Below, piece after piece: positions 21,468-33,002 of a DNA stretch of 33,002 bases (position 1 is the stretch's first letter; each line of letters starts with the position of its first letter). Source of the DNA: Octopus bimaculoides (Eukaryota); NCBI RefSeq assembly GCF_001194135.2, contig NC_068997.1, forward strand, positions 48,396,218-48,429,219, in the 5' to 3' direction. Under the pieces are notes generated by a model. The model was not told the origin of the DNA, did no database searches, and was given only the letters and a program-made list of their open reading frames with translations. Both the position numbers and the translations under genes were made by a program.

Positions 21468-22188
21468 NNNNNNNNNNNNNNNNNNNNNNNNNNNNNNNNN
21501 NNNNNNNNNNNNNNNNNNNNNNNNNNNNNNNNNNNNNNNNNNNNNNNNNNNNNNNNNNNNNNNNNNNNNNNNNNNNNNNNNNNNNNNNNNNNNNNNNNNN
21601 NNNNNNNNNNNNNNNNNNNNNNNNNNNNNNNNNNNNNNNNNNNNNNNNNNNNNNNNNNNNNNNNNNNNNNNNNNNNNNNNNNNNNNNNNNNNNNNNNNNN
21701 NNNNNNNNNNNNNNNNNNNNNNNNNNNNNNNNNNNNNNNNNNNNNNNNNNNNNNNNNNNNNNNNNNNNNNNNNNNNNNNNNNNNNNNNNNNNNNNNNNNN
21801 NNNNNNNNNNNNNNNNNNNNNNNNNNNNNNNNNNNNNNNNNNNNNNNNNNNNNNNNNNNNNNNNNNNNNNNNNNNNNNNNNNNNNNNNNNNNNNNNNNNN
21901 NNNNNNNNNNNNNNNNNNNNNNNNNNNNNNNNNNNNNNNNNNNNNNNNNNNNNNNNNNNNNNNNNNNNNNNNNNNNNNNNNNNNNNNNNNNNNNNNNNNN
22001 NNNNNNNNNNNNNNNNNNNNNNNNNNNNNNNNNNNNNNNNNNNNNNNNNNNNNNNNNNNNNNNNNNNNNNNNNNNNNNNNNNNNNNNNNNNNNNNNNNNN
22101 NNNNNNNNNNNNNNNNNNNNNNNNNNNNNNNNNNNNNNNNNNNNNNNNNNNNNNNNNNNNNNNNNNNNNNNNNNNNNNNNNNNNNNNN

Positions 22189-22226
<38 letters not shown>

Positions 22227-22617
22227 AGTAAAACAGATAAGAAAACAAACAAACAAGCCAACCATCTTTTGGAGATAGAAAAAATTAGGAAAAATGTTTA
22301 GAAAACTCAGGTTTTACATTTTTAGATTGTTTTATAACCTGGTCAGCGTATTATCATAATTCTATTCTATGCAACAAAATTTTGATAAACAAACTTCTAT
22401 AAGACCTTCAAGTTTTAAAACGGATTTCCTGTTGCCTTATGTAATACTTCTGAAAGTTCGTGAAGTCTTTGAATTCCCTTTTACGGCACACCTTTTGAGG
22501 GCCATAGTTCTTGTTGATGCCGATGTAGTAGTCTATTACCAATTTCCTTTCAATACTGATTCTGGATTTCAGATTATGGAATTATATTGCTGTTTTCTTT
22601 CCTTTTTTTTTTGTAAA

Positions 22618-22812
22618 GGTGCGTAACCTAGGGGTTAGTCTGTTGCCCTCACGATCTAGCGAACGTGTGTTCGATTCCCAGGCTGTGTGAGACGTTGTGT
22701 TCTTGAGCAAAACACTTCGTTTCACGCTGCTTCAGTTCCCCCCTTTCAATCAGGGGAGGGATGTTGGCCTACTCGCCTAGCCAGCGGGGTGGCGTCATTC
22801 GAAGGCTAAAGT
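22618..22812 (+). mobile_element. SINE family D-like copy
   Basis: tRNA-like head GGTGCGTAACCTAGGGGTTAG...GTGTTCGATTCCCAGG, then GTTCTTGAGCAAAACACTT as at 28038 and in the reverse complement of 12445-12720. Confidence 0.65.
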
Positions 22813-22823
22813 GATACAAAGTG

Positions 22824-22931
22824 GATAAACCCCGAAAGAATGAAATGCAACGTTGACCGCGGTGGAATTTGAACTCAGAACGTCGTGACGGGTTTTGCCC
22901 AGCGTGCTAACGCTTCTGCCAGCTCACCACC
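22824..22931 (-). mobile_element. SINE family A, partial
   Basis: CCCCGAAAGAATGAAATGCAACGTTGACCGCGGTGGAATTTGAACTCAGAACG...GTGCTAACGCTTCTGCCAGCTCACCACC. Confidence 0.8.
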
Positions 22932-22987
22932 TTGAATATCTCCTTAATTATTAAAACATTTTTTAATCTTTTATTTTTTATCCTTCG

Positions 22988-23338
22988 CTTATTTTAGTCA
23001 TTGAGCTGTCGCCATGCTGGGGTACTGCATTGTCGGGTATTAGTTGAACAGATCGACCCCAGTGCTTATTCCGTTTCAAATTTTGTACTTACTCTCTCGA
23101 TCTCTGTTGTTGACCCGCTAAGTTACGGGGATGTAGACAAGCCAACACCAGTTGTCAAATCGTGTGGGGAGGGACAACAACAGCCACACACACACACACA
23201 CACACGTATATATTTATGTAAACGACATGCTTCCACATTCACTCACAAAGAGCAATAGTAGAAGATGATTGCACAAGGTACCGCGCAGTCGCACTTAACC
23301 CGGAACCACGTGGTTGCAAAGCGAGTTTTTTAAACACA
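22988..23338 (-). mobile_element. SINE family B, diverged copy
   Basis: TTTTAGTCATT...GCCATGCTGG...ATCGACCCCAG...CCGCTAAGTTACGGGGATGTAGAC...TAGTAGAAGA...CCCGGAACCACGTGG, colinear with 13485-13856. Confidence 0.75.
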
Positions 23339-23385
23339 TCAAAGTCGCCGTTTTATTTAAATTATATAAAGAAAATAAGAAAAGT

Positions 23386-23752
23386 AGGCGCAGGAGTGGC
23401 TGTGTAGTAAGTAGCTTGCTTAGCAACCACATGGTTCCGGGTTCAGTCCCACTGCGTGACACCTTGGGCAAGTGTCTTCTACTATAGCCTCGGACCGACC
23501 AAAGCATTGTCAGTGGATTTGGTAGACGGAAACTGGAAGAAGCCCGTTGTATATATATATATATATATATATGTAGGTGTTTGTGTTTGTCCCTCCGTGT
23601 TGGTGTGTTTGCGTCCCCGTAGCGGTTCGGCAAAAGAGACCGATAGAATAACAACTACGCTTCCAAAGAATAAATCCTGGGGTAGATTTGCTCGACTAAA
23701 GGCGGTGCTCCAGCATGGCCGCAGTCAAATGACTGAAACATAAAAAGAATAA
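23386..23752 (+). mobile_element. SINE family B, full length (tRNA head, CORE-like GTGACACCTTGGGCAAGTGTCTT, internal (AT)n)
   Basis: A-box-like TGGCTGTGTAG and B-box-like GGTTCAGTCCC. The central motif resembles the CORE domain GTGACCTTGGGCAAGTCACTT. The tail is GACTGAAACATAAAAAGAATAA. Confidence 0.93.
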
Positions 23753-23753
23753 G

Positions 23754-23968
23754 TTCTTTTCTACTCTAGGCACAAGGCCCGAAATTTTTTGGGCAGGGGT
23801 CCAGTCGATTAGATGGACCCCAGTACGCAACCGGTACTTAATTTATCATCCTCGAAAGGATGAAAGGCAAAGTCGACCTCGGCGGAATTAGAACTCAGAA
23901 CGTAAAGACAGACGAAATACCGTTAAGCATTTCGCCCGGCGTGCTAACGATTCTACCAGCTCGCCGCC
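23754..23968 (-). mobile_element. SINE family A, full length, tail-to-tail with the family B copy
   Basis: Reverse complement of 9313-9520 and 9564-9785 from GGCGGCGAGCTGG to CTAGAGTAGAAAAGAA. Confidence 0.93.
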
Positions 23969-24262
23969 TAAATAAAAGTCTAACTTACAGTTCACAAGAT
24001 ATGAAAAATCTAATTTTCAAGCGAAACTTAGTTATATTTTTTTGAACTAAAGTCAGCTGATAGACATATTTCTTCATATATAAACAAATACAAAACTAAA
24101 GATATCATATTTCAGTGTAAAAATCTAAACAAATTTGGTTAACAGAAATTGGTAAAGTCAGATAAAGGAGAAAAAGTATTTATATTAATATGGCCGCAGT
24201 TACCCACTCAACTCTACTCCATAGCTCTCTGTCTCCTGTTTTTTCTGTCTCTCTCATGCAGC

Positions 24263-24545
24263 TATGTATGTATGTATGTATGTATGTATGTATGTGGGTA
24301 TGTATGTACGTATGTATGCATGTATGCATGTATATGTATGCATTTATGTATGCATGTATGTATGTGTGTATGCATGTATGTATGCATGTATGTATGTATG
24401 TATGTAGGTATGTATGTATCTAGGAATGCATGTATGTATGTAGGCATGTATGTATGTAGGCATGTATGTATGTATGCATGTATGTATGTAGGTATGTATG
24501 TGTGTATGTATATATGTATGTAGGTATGTACGTATGTATGTAGTT
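24263..24545. repeat. Degenerate (TATG)n array with CATG, TAGG and TGTG variants
   Basis: Direct reading. Confidence 0.95.
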
Positions 24546-24563
24546 ATATATATATTTATGTAC

Positions 24564-24610
<47 letters not shown>

Positions 24611-24858
24611 CTTCATATATCCACATAGCAAGTATGCGCATATGTGTGCACTGTTGTATGATATAAGAATACATATATGTATTTATATATGTGTGCATAA
24701 GTATGTATTTATGTATTGACACACTCACACACACGCACACACACACACACACACACATAATCAAAATAAGTAACAGGATGTCAAGTATTAGTGCAATACG
24801 ACCGTTTCAAGCGACTCTGTTTAATTGAACAATGCAAGTATTACATCAATTTAAATTC

Positions 24859-24977
<119 letters not shown>

Positions 24978-25026
24978 GATAAATAAATAAATGTAGTAAA
25001 ACGCAGGTGTTATTCAAATTCTTTTA

Positions 25027-25114
25027 CTTCCGACATATGTTTCGAAGACAACATTGGTATTATTCCAGAAGGAATAAAACGGTGTAAAACAATGCAATCT
25101 TCTCATCAGGGAAA
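25027..25114 (-). ncRNA. Minimal type-I hammerhead ribozyme (Penelope-type)
   Basis: Minus strand: stem I UUUCC (25114-25110); CUGAUGA (25109-25103); stem II GAAGA...UCUUC; GAAA; stem III AC-AUAU-GU (palindromic); cleavage triplet GUC (25034-25032); stem I partner GGAAG (25031-25027). All core positions are canonical. Confidence 0.85.
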
Positions 25115-25391
25115 GAAAGAAACGAAACACATCAATAAGACATTTTACCAGAATGTGATGACTGTATAATGATGAAGGGAACGCTATTAATTTATTTTAA
25201 TAAAAAACCGTTAGTAGATATAAAGTCAAAGGTTGCGGGAGAAGGAAAGAAATTAGCAGGAAACTAATAGTGGAGAAATATAGAGCGATGGGTGAATTAG
25301 AATAAAGCTTAAACGCTTGGAATTAGATATATTTAGTGGTAGTGAAATGTAAGAAGACAATCAAAGGTCAAATTATATAGATTGGTAGAAA

Positions 25392-25601
25392 TCACTTATA
25401 GGAACTAAAGGTATGTTTCTGCCAATGTTTGCCACAATAAACGCGTTCTATAAATGTGTTTACAAGGGGTTTCTTTGAGAATAGTATAAAAAACATTTCG
25501 CTATTAAAAAGCGAGCAGAAATGTTTACCTTTATCACACGGTAAAGAAATAGAGAGAATATTCCATTCCAAATTAAATTGCTTATTATGATCTTTTAGAT
25601 A
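25392..25601 (-). pseudogene. Penelope-like element GIY-YIG endonuclease C-terminus (upstream part lost in a gap)
   Basis: 69 stop-free codons without an ATG: YLKDHNKQFNLEWNILSISLPCDKGKHFCSLFNSEMFFILFSKKPLVNTFIERVYCGKHWQKHTFSSYK*. This fits the W.LK..N..F...W.IL...PY....C.LC..EK..IL...LN.R.E...CRH..K pattern of Penelope-like element ORF ends. A TGA lies where W is expected just upstream. Confidence 0.8.
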
Positions 25602-26386
25602 TCAGNNNNNNNNNNNNNNNNNNNNNNNNNNNNNNNNNNNNNNNNNNNNNNNNNNNNNNNNNNNNNNNNNNNNNNNNNNNNNNNNNNNNNNNNNNNNNNN
25701 NNNNNNNNNNNNNNNNNNNNNNNNNNNNNNNNNNNNNNNNNNNNNNNNNNNNNNNNNNNNNNNNNNNNNNNNNNNNNNNNNNNNNNNNNNNNNNNNNNNN
25801 NNNNNNNNNNNNNNNNNNNNNNNNNNNNNNNNNNNNNNNNNNNNNNNNNNNNNNNNNNNNNNNNNNNNNNNNNNNNNNNNNNNNATATATGCGTGTGTGT
25901 GTGCGGTAGGGAGTATTCAGACCTAGGCTACACCTTCGGTAACACTTCATGTAAGTACTTGGCTAACAAACTGCTTAAAGAGGAGTATTAGCAGTAGGCC
26001 TGATTAATCGTTACTTAAACAATTTATGAATCATTAATTAATTAACACGCTACTAATCCAAGAATAGAATAACGACGTGTAGTACATTTATCACATAGTA
26101 AATAAGAAATATAATCACATCTTCATCGTTTGTTAATCTATAATCGGACTGCTTCCGGTCATCAAACTGAGTGTGTGTATGTTTGCATGTATATGAGTGT
26201 GTGTGCGTGCGTGGGCGTGAGAGAAGGAGAGAGAGGGAGAGAGGGAGAGTGTGCGTGTATGTGTGTGCATCGCGCGCGCGTGTTTTTGTATATATATATA
26301 TATATATATATATGAATGGGTATATTTGCACGGATGTTTGTATATATGTTCTTTTCTATATTGGAGGCTCAAGGGTTTTACAGTCA

Positions 26387-27026
26387 CTTTAAGTATTTCG
26401 TAGCAATTTCCTGTTCTTGGATTGCACATGCATAACCTTCGAAGTGTGATGTGATGTAGCAATCACAAATCCCAAGAGAAGCTGCGTTTCATGTCGATAT
26501 TACTGTCTTATTCAAGCCTTCGGGAAACATAAACACCAAGAGTCTTTTATGGGTATGCTGAGCGTTTCACAACTAGGTCTCCTTGAGATCTGTTAGTCCG
26601 GCTGTTTTGACATTGTGTGGGAGATCCAAGAACAGACTGCTTCCTGAGGAGTTCACTGCCGACGCGTAGGATATTGTTCTCTTCACTTTCCAGCACTAAG
26701 TTAATGTATATATTATTGTTGCTGTTGTTTAGCAAGTGCTGTCTGAGAGAGATACTACACTCGAATGCTGTCTGCACTGATCTCAAGTCTCTACCTCCTG
26801 TATCTCTTCTTTGGTAGAACCTATTGATATCACTATTTCTGAAGAAGTTTCCGGTTGATGTCAGAATCTTGCAGGTTTTTATGTTTATAGAGTAGAATTC
26901 CTCTAGAGACCAGTCAAGTACCCCAAATGCTGGAATCAGCACCGGTACTGCAAATGCATTGTGGGATATTGTCTTGTTGCAAGAAGGGAGTTCCGACTGC
27001 CATATTTTTCTAGGTATAATATTCAC
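26387..27026 (-). mobile_element. R4/Dong-like LINE fragment (RT thumb and following region), decayed
   Basis: NKTISHNAFAVPVLIPAFGVLDWSLEEFYSINIKTCKILTSTGNFFRNSDINRFYQRRDTGGRDLRS; after frameshifts, NIDMKRSFSW and YITSHFEGYACAIQEQEIATKYLK. Confidence 0.88.
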
Positions 27027-27341
27027 GGGCCACTGTTTTTATTCACTGCAACTTTGTATGATATGCATGTATGTATACACACATGTATGTGTGTGCCTGT
27101 GTATGTGTCTATGTGTGTGTGTGAGTTTGTGTGTGTATGTGTATCTGTAATTTCATCTCGTGAGAATATCTTCGAACCCTATTATACAACTGGAATATAT
27201 TCTCTGTATCTTAGTCAAGTTCTGCTACTGTATTAATCACAACTTATTCCTTACTTTATGTGCATACACACACACACACATACATACACACACACACATA
27301 TGTATACGCATTTATATATATTATACACACACACACACACA

Positions 27342-27386
<45 letters not shown>

Positions 27387-27475
27387 TTATACATTTATAT
27401 ACAGATATATATGTGTGTGTATATATATGTATATATGTATCTATATTTGTGAATATTTGCATATTTCTCGCTCCA

Positions 27476-27530
<55 letters not shown>

Positions 27531-27945
27531 ATAGAGGTGGTAAGTCGTTGTTAGTAGTTCGGCAAAACTTCGAAGTCATTGTCAACTTTTATTAAGAAAA
27601 ATTCTTTTACGTCTGAACATTTACACACATGAAAAATTCTTTAAAAGTTAAACGCCATTGAAAAAATCCTTAAAAAGAAAGAAAAAAAACATTTAATAAA
27701 GATGGAACAGAGTATGTCTGCCATCACGTTTGTATTTGTTTTCTCCACAAGATTTATTTTTGAAAAATTTTAATCTTTAAAGAATTTCTTTTCAAATATT
27801 TTGAATGTATCAACACCTTTCTCTGACATATANNNNNNNNNNNNNNNNNNNNNNNNNNNNNNNNNNNNNNNNNNNNNNNNNNNNNNNNNNNNNNNNNNNN
27901 NNNNNNNNNNNNNNNNNNNNNNNNNNNNNNNNNNNNNNNNNNNNN

Positions 27946-28037
<92 letters not shown>

Positions 28038-28156
28038 GGGGGCGTGTAAGTTAGTTGTTAGGTCATGATTGTGATTTCGATTTCTGGACTGGGCGACGCG
28101 TTGTGTGCTTGAGCAAAACACATCATTTCAAATCACTCCAGTCCACTGAACAGCTG
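28038..28156 (+). mobile_element. SINE family D-like, partial
   Basis: GATTTCGATTTCTGGACTGGGCGACGCGTTGTGTGCTTGAGCAAAACACATCATTTC...CTCCAGTCCACT. Confidence 0.6.
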
Positions 28157-28599
28157 ACAGAAATGCGTAATCCTGCATAGGACTCGTCTATATATATATA
28201 AGGTGGAAATTAGGTGTGCAAGTAGATGAACAGCTCCTACCGTTATGTGTTTAGAGGTCTACGTAAATTTTGATCGCCTAGTTTACTTTCTTTAATGGTT
28301 GTTAGTTAACTACTATATTGTGTAGTTTGTCAGTTATGGGCTACAGAGCAAATGTAAGAAAATATAAACGTGCTTATCCTTATATATCTTGGGAAAATAT
28401 GCCATGTATTTTCTGGTTGTACAGTAAGTTCTCTCATATCCAGCACCACTGGGATGGTATGCTGGATAACTGAATTTTCCGGATATATGATCATCACTTT
28501 TAAAATTACCATAGCATTAAAAAACAACCAAACAAACAAACAAATAACTTATTATAACTCTATGTATACATCAGTATTATCATTGATATTCTGAATAAT

Positions 28600-28788
28600 G
28601 GTGGCTAGCTGGCAGAATCGCTAGTATGCCGGGAAGAATGCTTAGCGGCATTTCGTCGATCTTTACGTTCTGAGCTTAAATACCACCGAGGTCAATTTCA
28701 CCTTTCAGCCTTTTGGGGTCGATAAAATATGTACCAGTAGAGCACTGGGGTCGATCTAATCGACTTAGCCCCTCCACCAAAATTGCTG
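28600..28788 (+). mobile_element. SINE family A, near full length
   Basis: GGTGGCTAGCTGGCAGAATCG head, central domain, and GTACCAGTAGAGCACTGGGGTCGATCTAATCGACT. Confidence 0.9.
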
Positions 28789-29097
28789 AACAGAGCACCA
28801 TCGACTGCAGGGACTTTCCAGTTGCCATATTTCTTAAGCATCTCTTTCCCTCTTCCTTCTGTAATATTGGGTTTTGTCTTACCTTTAAACTATTTCCTAC
28901 TTCACATTTAAACAACCGCCACCTATCCGATTTACAGGAGGTGTGATGTATGTGTGTAAGAATGTTCAGGTTTGAAATCTTAAATTTCACACCAATGTGG
29001 AAAAAGCCAGTCTCTTTCATTAGAATTTAAACATGTCGGTCATATTGCACGTATACATACATACATACATACATACATACACACACACAGACAGACA

Positions 29098-29186
<89 letters not shown>

Positions 29187-29457
29187 GTACGCATGAATAT
29201 ATACATGCATGTGTGTATATACCCATTTGTGAAAGGATGTATGCTTGCATGTATGAAAGTATGTACGCACGTATATATGTCTGTATGTATGTGTGTATAT
29301 ATGCGTGTGTAAATATGCGTGCGTATGTGTGTGGATATATGCGTGTATGTATGAATGCATTATGTAAACACTCATACATGTACATGCACAAACTTATACA
29401 CACACACACGTCTTAACTTTTACCGGTTTCAAGCATTAGCTTACGAGGCCATGCTGG

Positions 29458-29459
<2 letters not shown>

Positions 29460-29543
<84 letters not shown>
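29460..29543. repeat. (AT)n microsatellite, about 42 units
   Basis: Direct reading. Many more (AT)n, (CA)n and (TACA)n tracts occur throughout the window and are not listed individually. Confidence 0.97.
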
Positions 29544-29556
<13 letters not shown>

Positions 29557-29792
29557 TAAACATGTATGTACGTATGCACGTATATACGTACGTTTGAGGA
29601 TCATTTTTCAAATTTCTTATCAATAAAGGGTGAGCCGGCTTCTTATAGAAAAGCAGACATCTTCCCATTAAGATTTATCCACCATTAACTAGGTACGCAT
29701 ATATGCATATACACACGTATGTGTATACGCATATATGTATGTGTGTACACATATAACACCTTCGTACTAAGAGAACTAGCACACACGCACAG

Positions 29793-29854
<62 letters not shown>

Positions 29855-30417
29855 GCATATGATAGTACTCTTGGTATCAACATCCTATATTCGTCTCACA
29901 TCATAAATACGTCTCTATAATGTGTTATCAGGCTTACACGATCGTTCTTTCGTATCGGTCTTATATTTGAACGATATTACATTAATCATAGTCTGTTATG
30001 TCGGACATATTTTCCCTTTTTTTATTACATTACACGTCTACTAATGAAATTACCTTTCAACATTCGATATAAGCCGATACAAATGAAAATACAAGCATAT
30101 TTCATCCCGCGATACATACACACATACATACGAACATATCTACACACATATATACATACATACGTACGTAGTACATACCTACATGCATTCATACATACAT
30201 TCATACATAACGTACATACATACATACATACATACATACATACATACATACATACATGCAAATACACACACATCATACACACATTCGTAAGGTCGTACGT
30301 AGGTACATACATACAAAAATACATATAGATATACACACACATACACATATTACAGCCTGGCAAAAAAACTGCACATCAATAGGAAATATTGGCGGTCTTC
30401 TTTTATCTTCCGATTAC

Positions 30418-30486
<69 letters not shown>

Positions 30487-30528
30487 TAATAATAATGATA
30501 ATAATAATAATTCTTTCTACTATTAATA

Positions 30529-30566
<38 letters not shown>

Positions 30567-30740
30567 TTTAATAACAAATATGACGATGATGGTGATGATA
30601 ATGATGATGATGATGATGGTGATGATAATGATGATGATGATGATGGTGATGATGATTATCATGATGAAGATGATGATGATGATGATGATGATGACGACGA
30701 CGACGACGATGATGATGATGATGATAATATAATAATAAAT
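30418..30740. repeat. Compound trinucleotide tract (CAA)n-(AAT)n-(GAT)n-(GAC)n-(GAT)n
   Basis: Direct reading. Confidence 0.95.
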
Positions 30741-31399
30741 AATGGGAAATATAAAATAGTAAATAAATGCAAATATTGAATACATAAATATAAATATATA
30801 AAGAGCGAAAAAAAATATAGTTTTTACATTTCATGATTTAATGTCTATGTATAGAATTTTCGTATAGTTTAAGTTGAAGATTGCCTATAAAATATTTGTC
30901 TAATGGAATGAAAGTATACGCTGAATAGCAGAAGAAAAAAGGAGTGAAATGTTTTTTCAATGTTTCAAGCGAGTCTTTTCGTCGGAGGGGATGTAAGTGT
31001 GACGGTTAGAAAGAAAGGAAGGAAGAAAAACAAGGCATGAATATCGATGAAGACAGAAAGAAAGAAAGCTCAGCTCTGTCTGCTCTGCGTGGTGGTGGCG
31101 ATGGTGTGTTTGTGGTGGTAGGGGCGGTGGTGTTTATGACAGGGAGCGGACAAAGATGGCTGGATAGAAGGAATTTTAAGATGGGACATTATGTGAGAAA
31201 GTGGGGTTAAGGTGAACATGAAAACGATGGTTATGAGTTAAGGAAAAATAAAAAACGTGATATATATAATTCCGCCCCGGCTTAATGCTTAGGTGAAGAT
31301 AGTAAGGAGGACAGTTCCATAGGCAAATAAATATTGTATATGTGCCTTCTGTATCGGTTAATGGATTGACTCTTTTATGTTCCTTATACGTATACATAT

Positions 31400-31435
<36 letters not shown>

Positions 31436-32024
31436 GATTATACTTCATATGTAAAAACGAACGTATGCGAATATATATATATATGCATGTATATATATGC
31501 ATATATGGGTATATATATATACATACATACATACANNNNNNNNNNNNNNNNNNNNNNNNNNNNNNNNNNNNNNNNNNNNNNATATATATATATCTAGTTA
31601 GCTATCTTTCCACCTATCTTACTTTATCTATCTACACACGCTCACACGCACACACACGTACACACACAGTCTCACATACACACACAGTCATAATATATAA
31701 TAATATAAACTTCTGCTTATTCTTATTTCACACACACATGAATATATGTGTGTATATATATATATATATATGTGTGTGTGAGTGTGTGAATACATGTATG
31801 AATACATGCATGTGTCAATATATACATATGCGTTTATTTTATATATTTGTGCATGAGTATACGCATATGTCACATAGAAACACATACAAACATATGCGTA
31901 TGAGGATTATGTATGTAACAGATATATATACATACGCACACCTACTAATGTTGCTTAATGGAATGAGTCTTTATATATTGACAAGATAGGTAATATATAA
32001 AAATGCAGACGAGTTACCTTGACA

Positions 32025-32100
<76 letters not shown>

Positions 32101-32102
<2 letters not shown>

Positions 32103-32455
32103 GACGTCAAGGGTTCCAGTTGATCCGATCAACGGAACAGCCTGCTCGTGAAATTAACATGCAAGTGGCTGAGCACTCCACAGACACGTGTACCCTTAAC
32201 GTAGTTCTCGGAGATATTCAGCGTGACACAGTGTTACAAGGCTGGCCCTTTGAATTACAGGCACAACAGAAACAGAAAGTAAGAGAAAGTTGAGGTGAAA
32301 GAGTACAGCAGGGTTCGCCACTATCCCCTGCCTGAGCCTCGTGGAGCTTTAGGTGTTTTCGCTCAATAAACACTCACAACGCCCGGTCTGGGAATCGAAA
32401 CCACGATCCTACGACCGCGTGTCCGCTGCCCTAACCACTGGGCCATTGCGCCTCC
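32101..32455 (-). mobile_element. SINE family C, full length (tRNA-derived)
   Basis: The minus strand begins GGAGGCGCAATGGCCCAGTGGTTAGGGCAGCGGAC...GTGGTTTCGATTCCCAG (clear A and B boxes). The 3' part matches 17338-17478. Confidence 0.92.
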
Positions 32456-32461
32456 CGACCT

Positions 32462-32888
32462 CCCACGAAGTACCTGCAGCATAAAAGGCTGAAAGCTTTG
32501 ACAGACAACAATTGTAAGCTGTGCAAGACGAAGACTGAAGACATCAACTACATTATTGCCAACAGCGAGAGAATGTCTTCCAGATATTATCTTCCCATGA
32601 GGTATAATGCAGTGGCCAGAACAGTCCGCAGCAGGATAACAGAAACGGAAATACCTACAAAGGAAGTTGACCATATTGAGACCGATGGGTCAAAGGAATA
32701 TTGGTGGAACTTAAAGCTTAAAACAGCCACCAAAGTTAAAGCACAACCGGTCAGATATTATTGTGGGACCACAAGGAAAATATATGTTCTGTTGTAGAAA
32801 TTAGCTGTCCTCTGGACACTAAGGTGTTTTAGAGAATAAAGGAGAAAGAGGACATTTATGGACCATTGATAAGGAGTTTGCAAATCTA
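32462..32888 (+). mobile_element. R4/Dong-like LINE 3' fragment: CCHC zinc knuckle plus restriction-like endonuclease, decayed
   Basis: PTKYLQHKR...NNCKLCKTKTEDINYII...SSRYYLPMRYNAVARTV; EYWWNLKLKTATKV; after frameshifts, KHNRSDIIV (PD motif equivalent) and VVEISCPLDTKV*RIKEKEDIYGPLIRSLQ. Confidence 0.88.
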
Positions 32889-32969
32889 GTATTGCGTCTT
32901 ACCTCTACAAAATTGCAAGAAGGAATGTCAGTTAGCTTGATATGATTTCGAATTTAGCGCCCAAACACA

Positions 32970-33002
<33 letters not shown>

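Noticed and set aside
25921-25956. 30-nt candidate micro-exon (D)LGYTFGNTS with a GTAAGT donor
   Set aside because: The acceptor lacks a pyrimidine tract, it lies next to a gap, and it is too short to evaluate.
28420-28485. TACAGTAAG...ATCCAGCA...TGCTGGAT hairpin resembling a pogo/Tigger-type MITE end
   Set aside because: Only one end is visible and the match is short; not enough to call.
30495-30779. Acidic poly-N/poly-D ORF resembling a low-complexity biomineralisation protein
   Set aside because: It is a pure trinucleotide tract, open in several frames on both strands, with no signal peptide or splice context.
32385-32455. tRNA-like sequences with A and B boxes (also at 12650-12720, 22618-22685 and 23386-23455)
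   Set aside because: They continue into SINE bodies present in multiple copies and lack a proper acceptor stem and Pol III terminator, so they are SINE heads, not tRNA genes.

Overview
This is AT-rich, repeat-saturated eukaryotic DNA from a draft assembly. It has 11 N-gaps (1197-1422, 2190-2456, 4062-4604, 5253-5436, 7520-7715, 11662-11752, 17031-17310, 21468-22188, 25606-25884, 27833-27945, 31536-31581), most of them flanked by microsatellites. The tRNA-headed SINE families and the microsatellite density look like an octopus (coleoid cephalopod) genome; this is recognition from memory, not a search result. No complete protein-coding gene can be supported, and almost all ORFs in the supplied track are translations of microsatellites or gaps. 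Well-supported content: more than 25 SINE-type repeat copies or fragments of about five families; decayed Tc1 and mariner DNA transposons; fragments of restriction-endonuclease-type LINEs (one Hero-like RT, two R4/Dong-like pieces); the 3' end of a Penelope-like element; a 19-bp minisatellite with a 74-bp higher-order repeat; and several short candidate exons of unknown genes. The best find is a minimal type-I hammerhead ribozyme with a fully intact core (minus strand, 25027-25114) just downstream of a Penelope-like GIY-YIG endonuclease C-terminus that the ORF track missed. A second, core-mutated hammerhead with an inverted partial copy lies at 3424-3754. These fit known Penelope biology. I found no evidence for a wholly new system.
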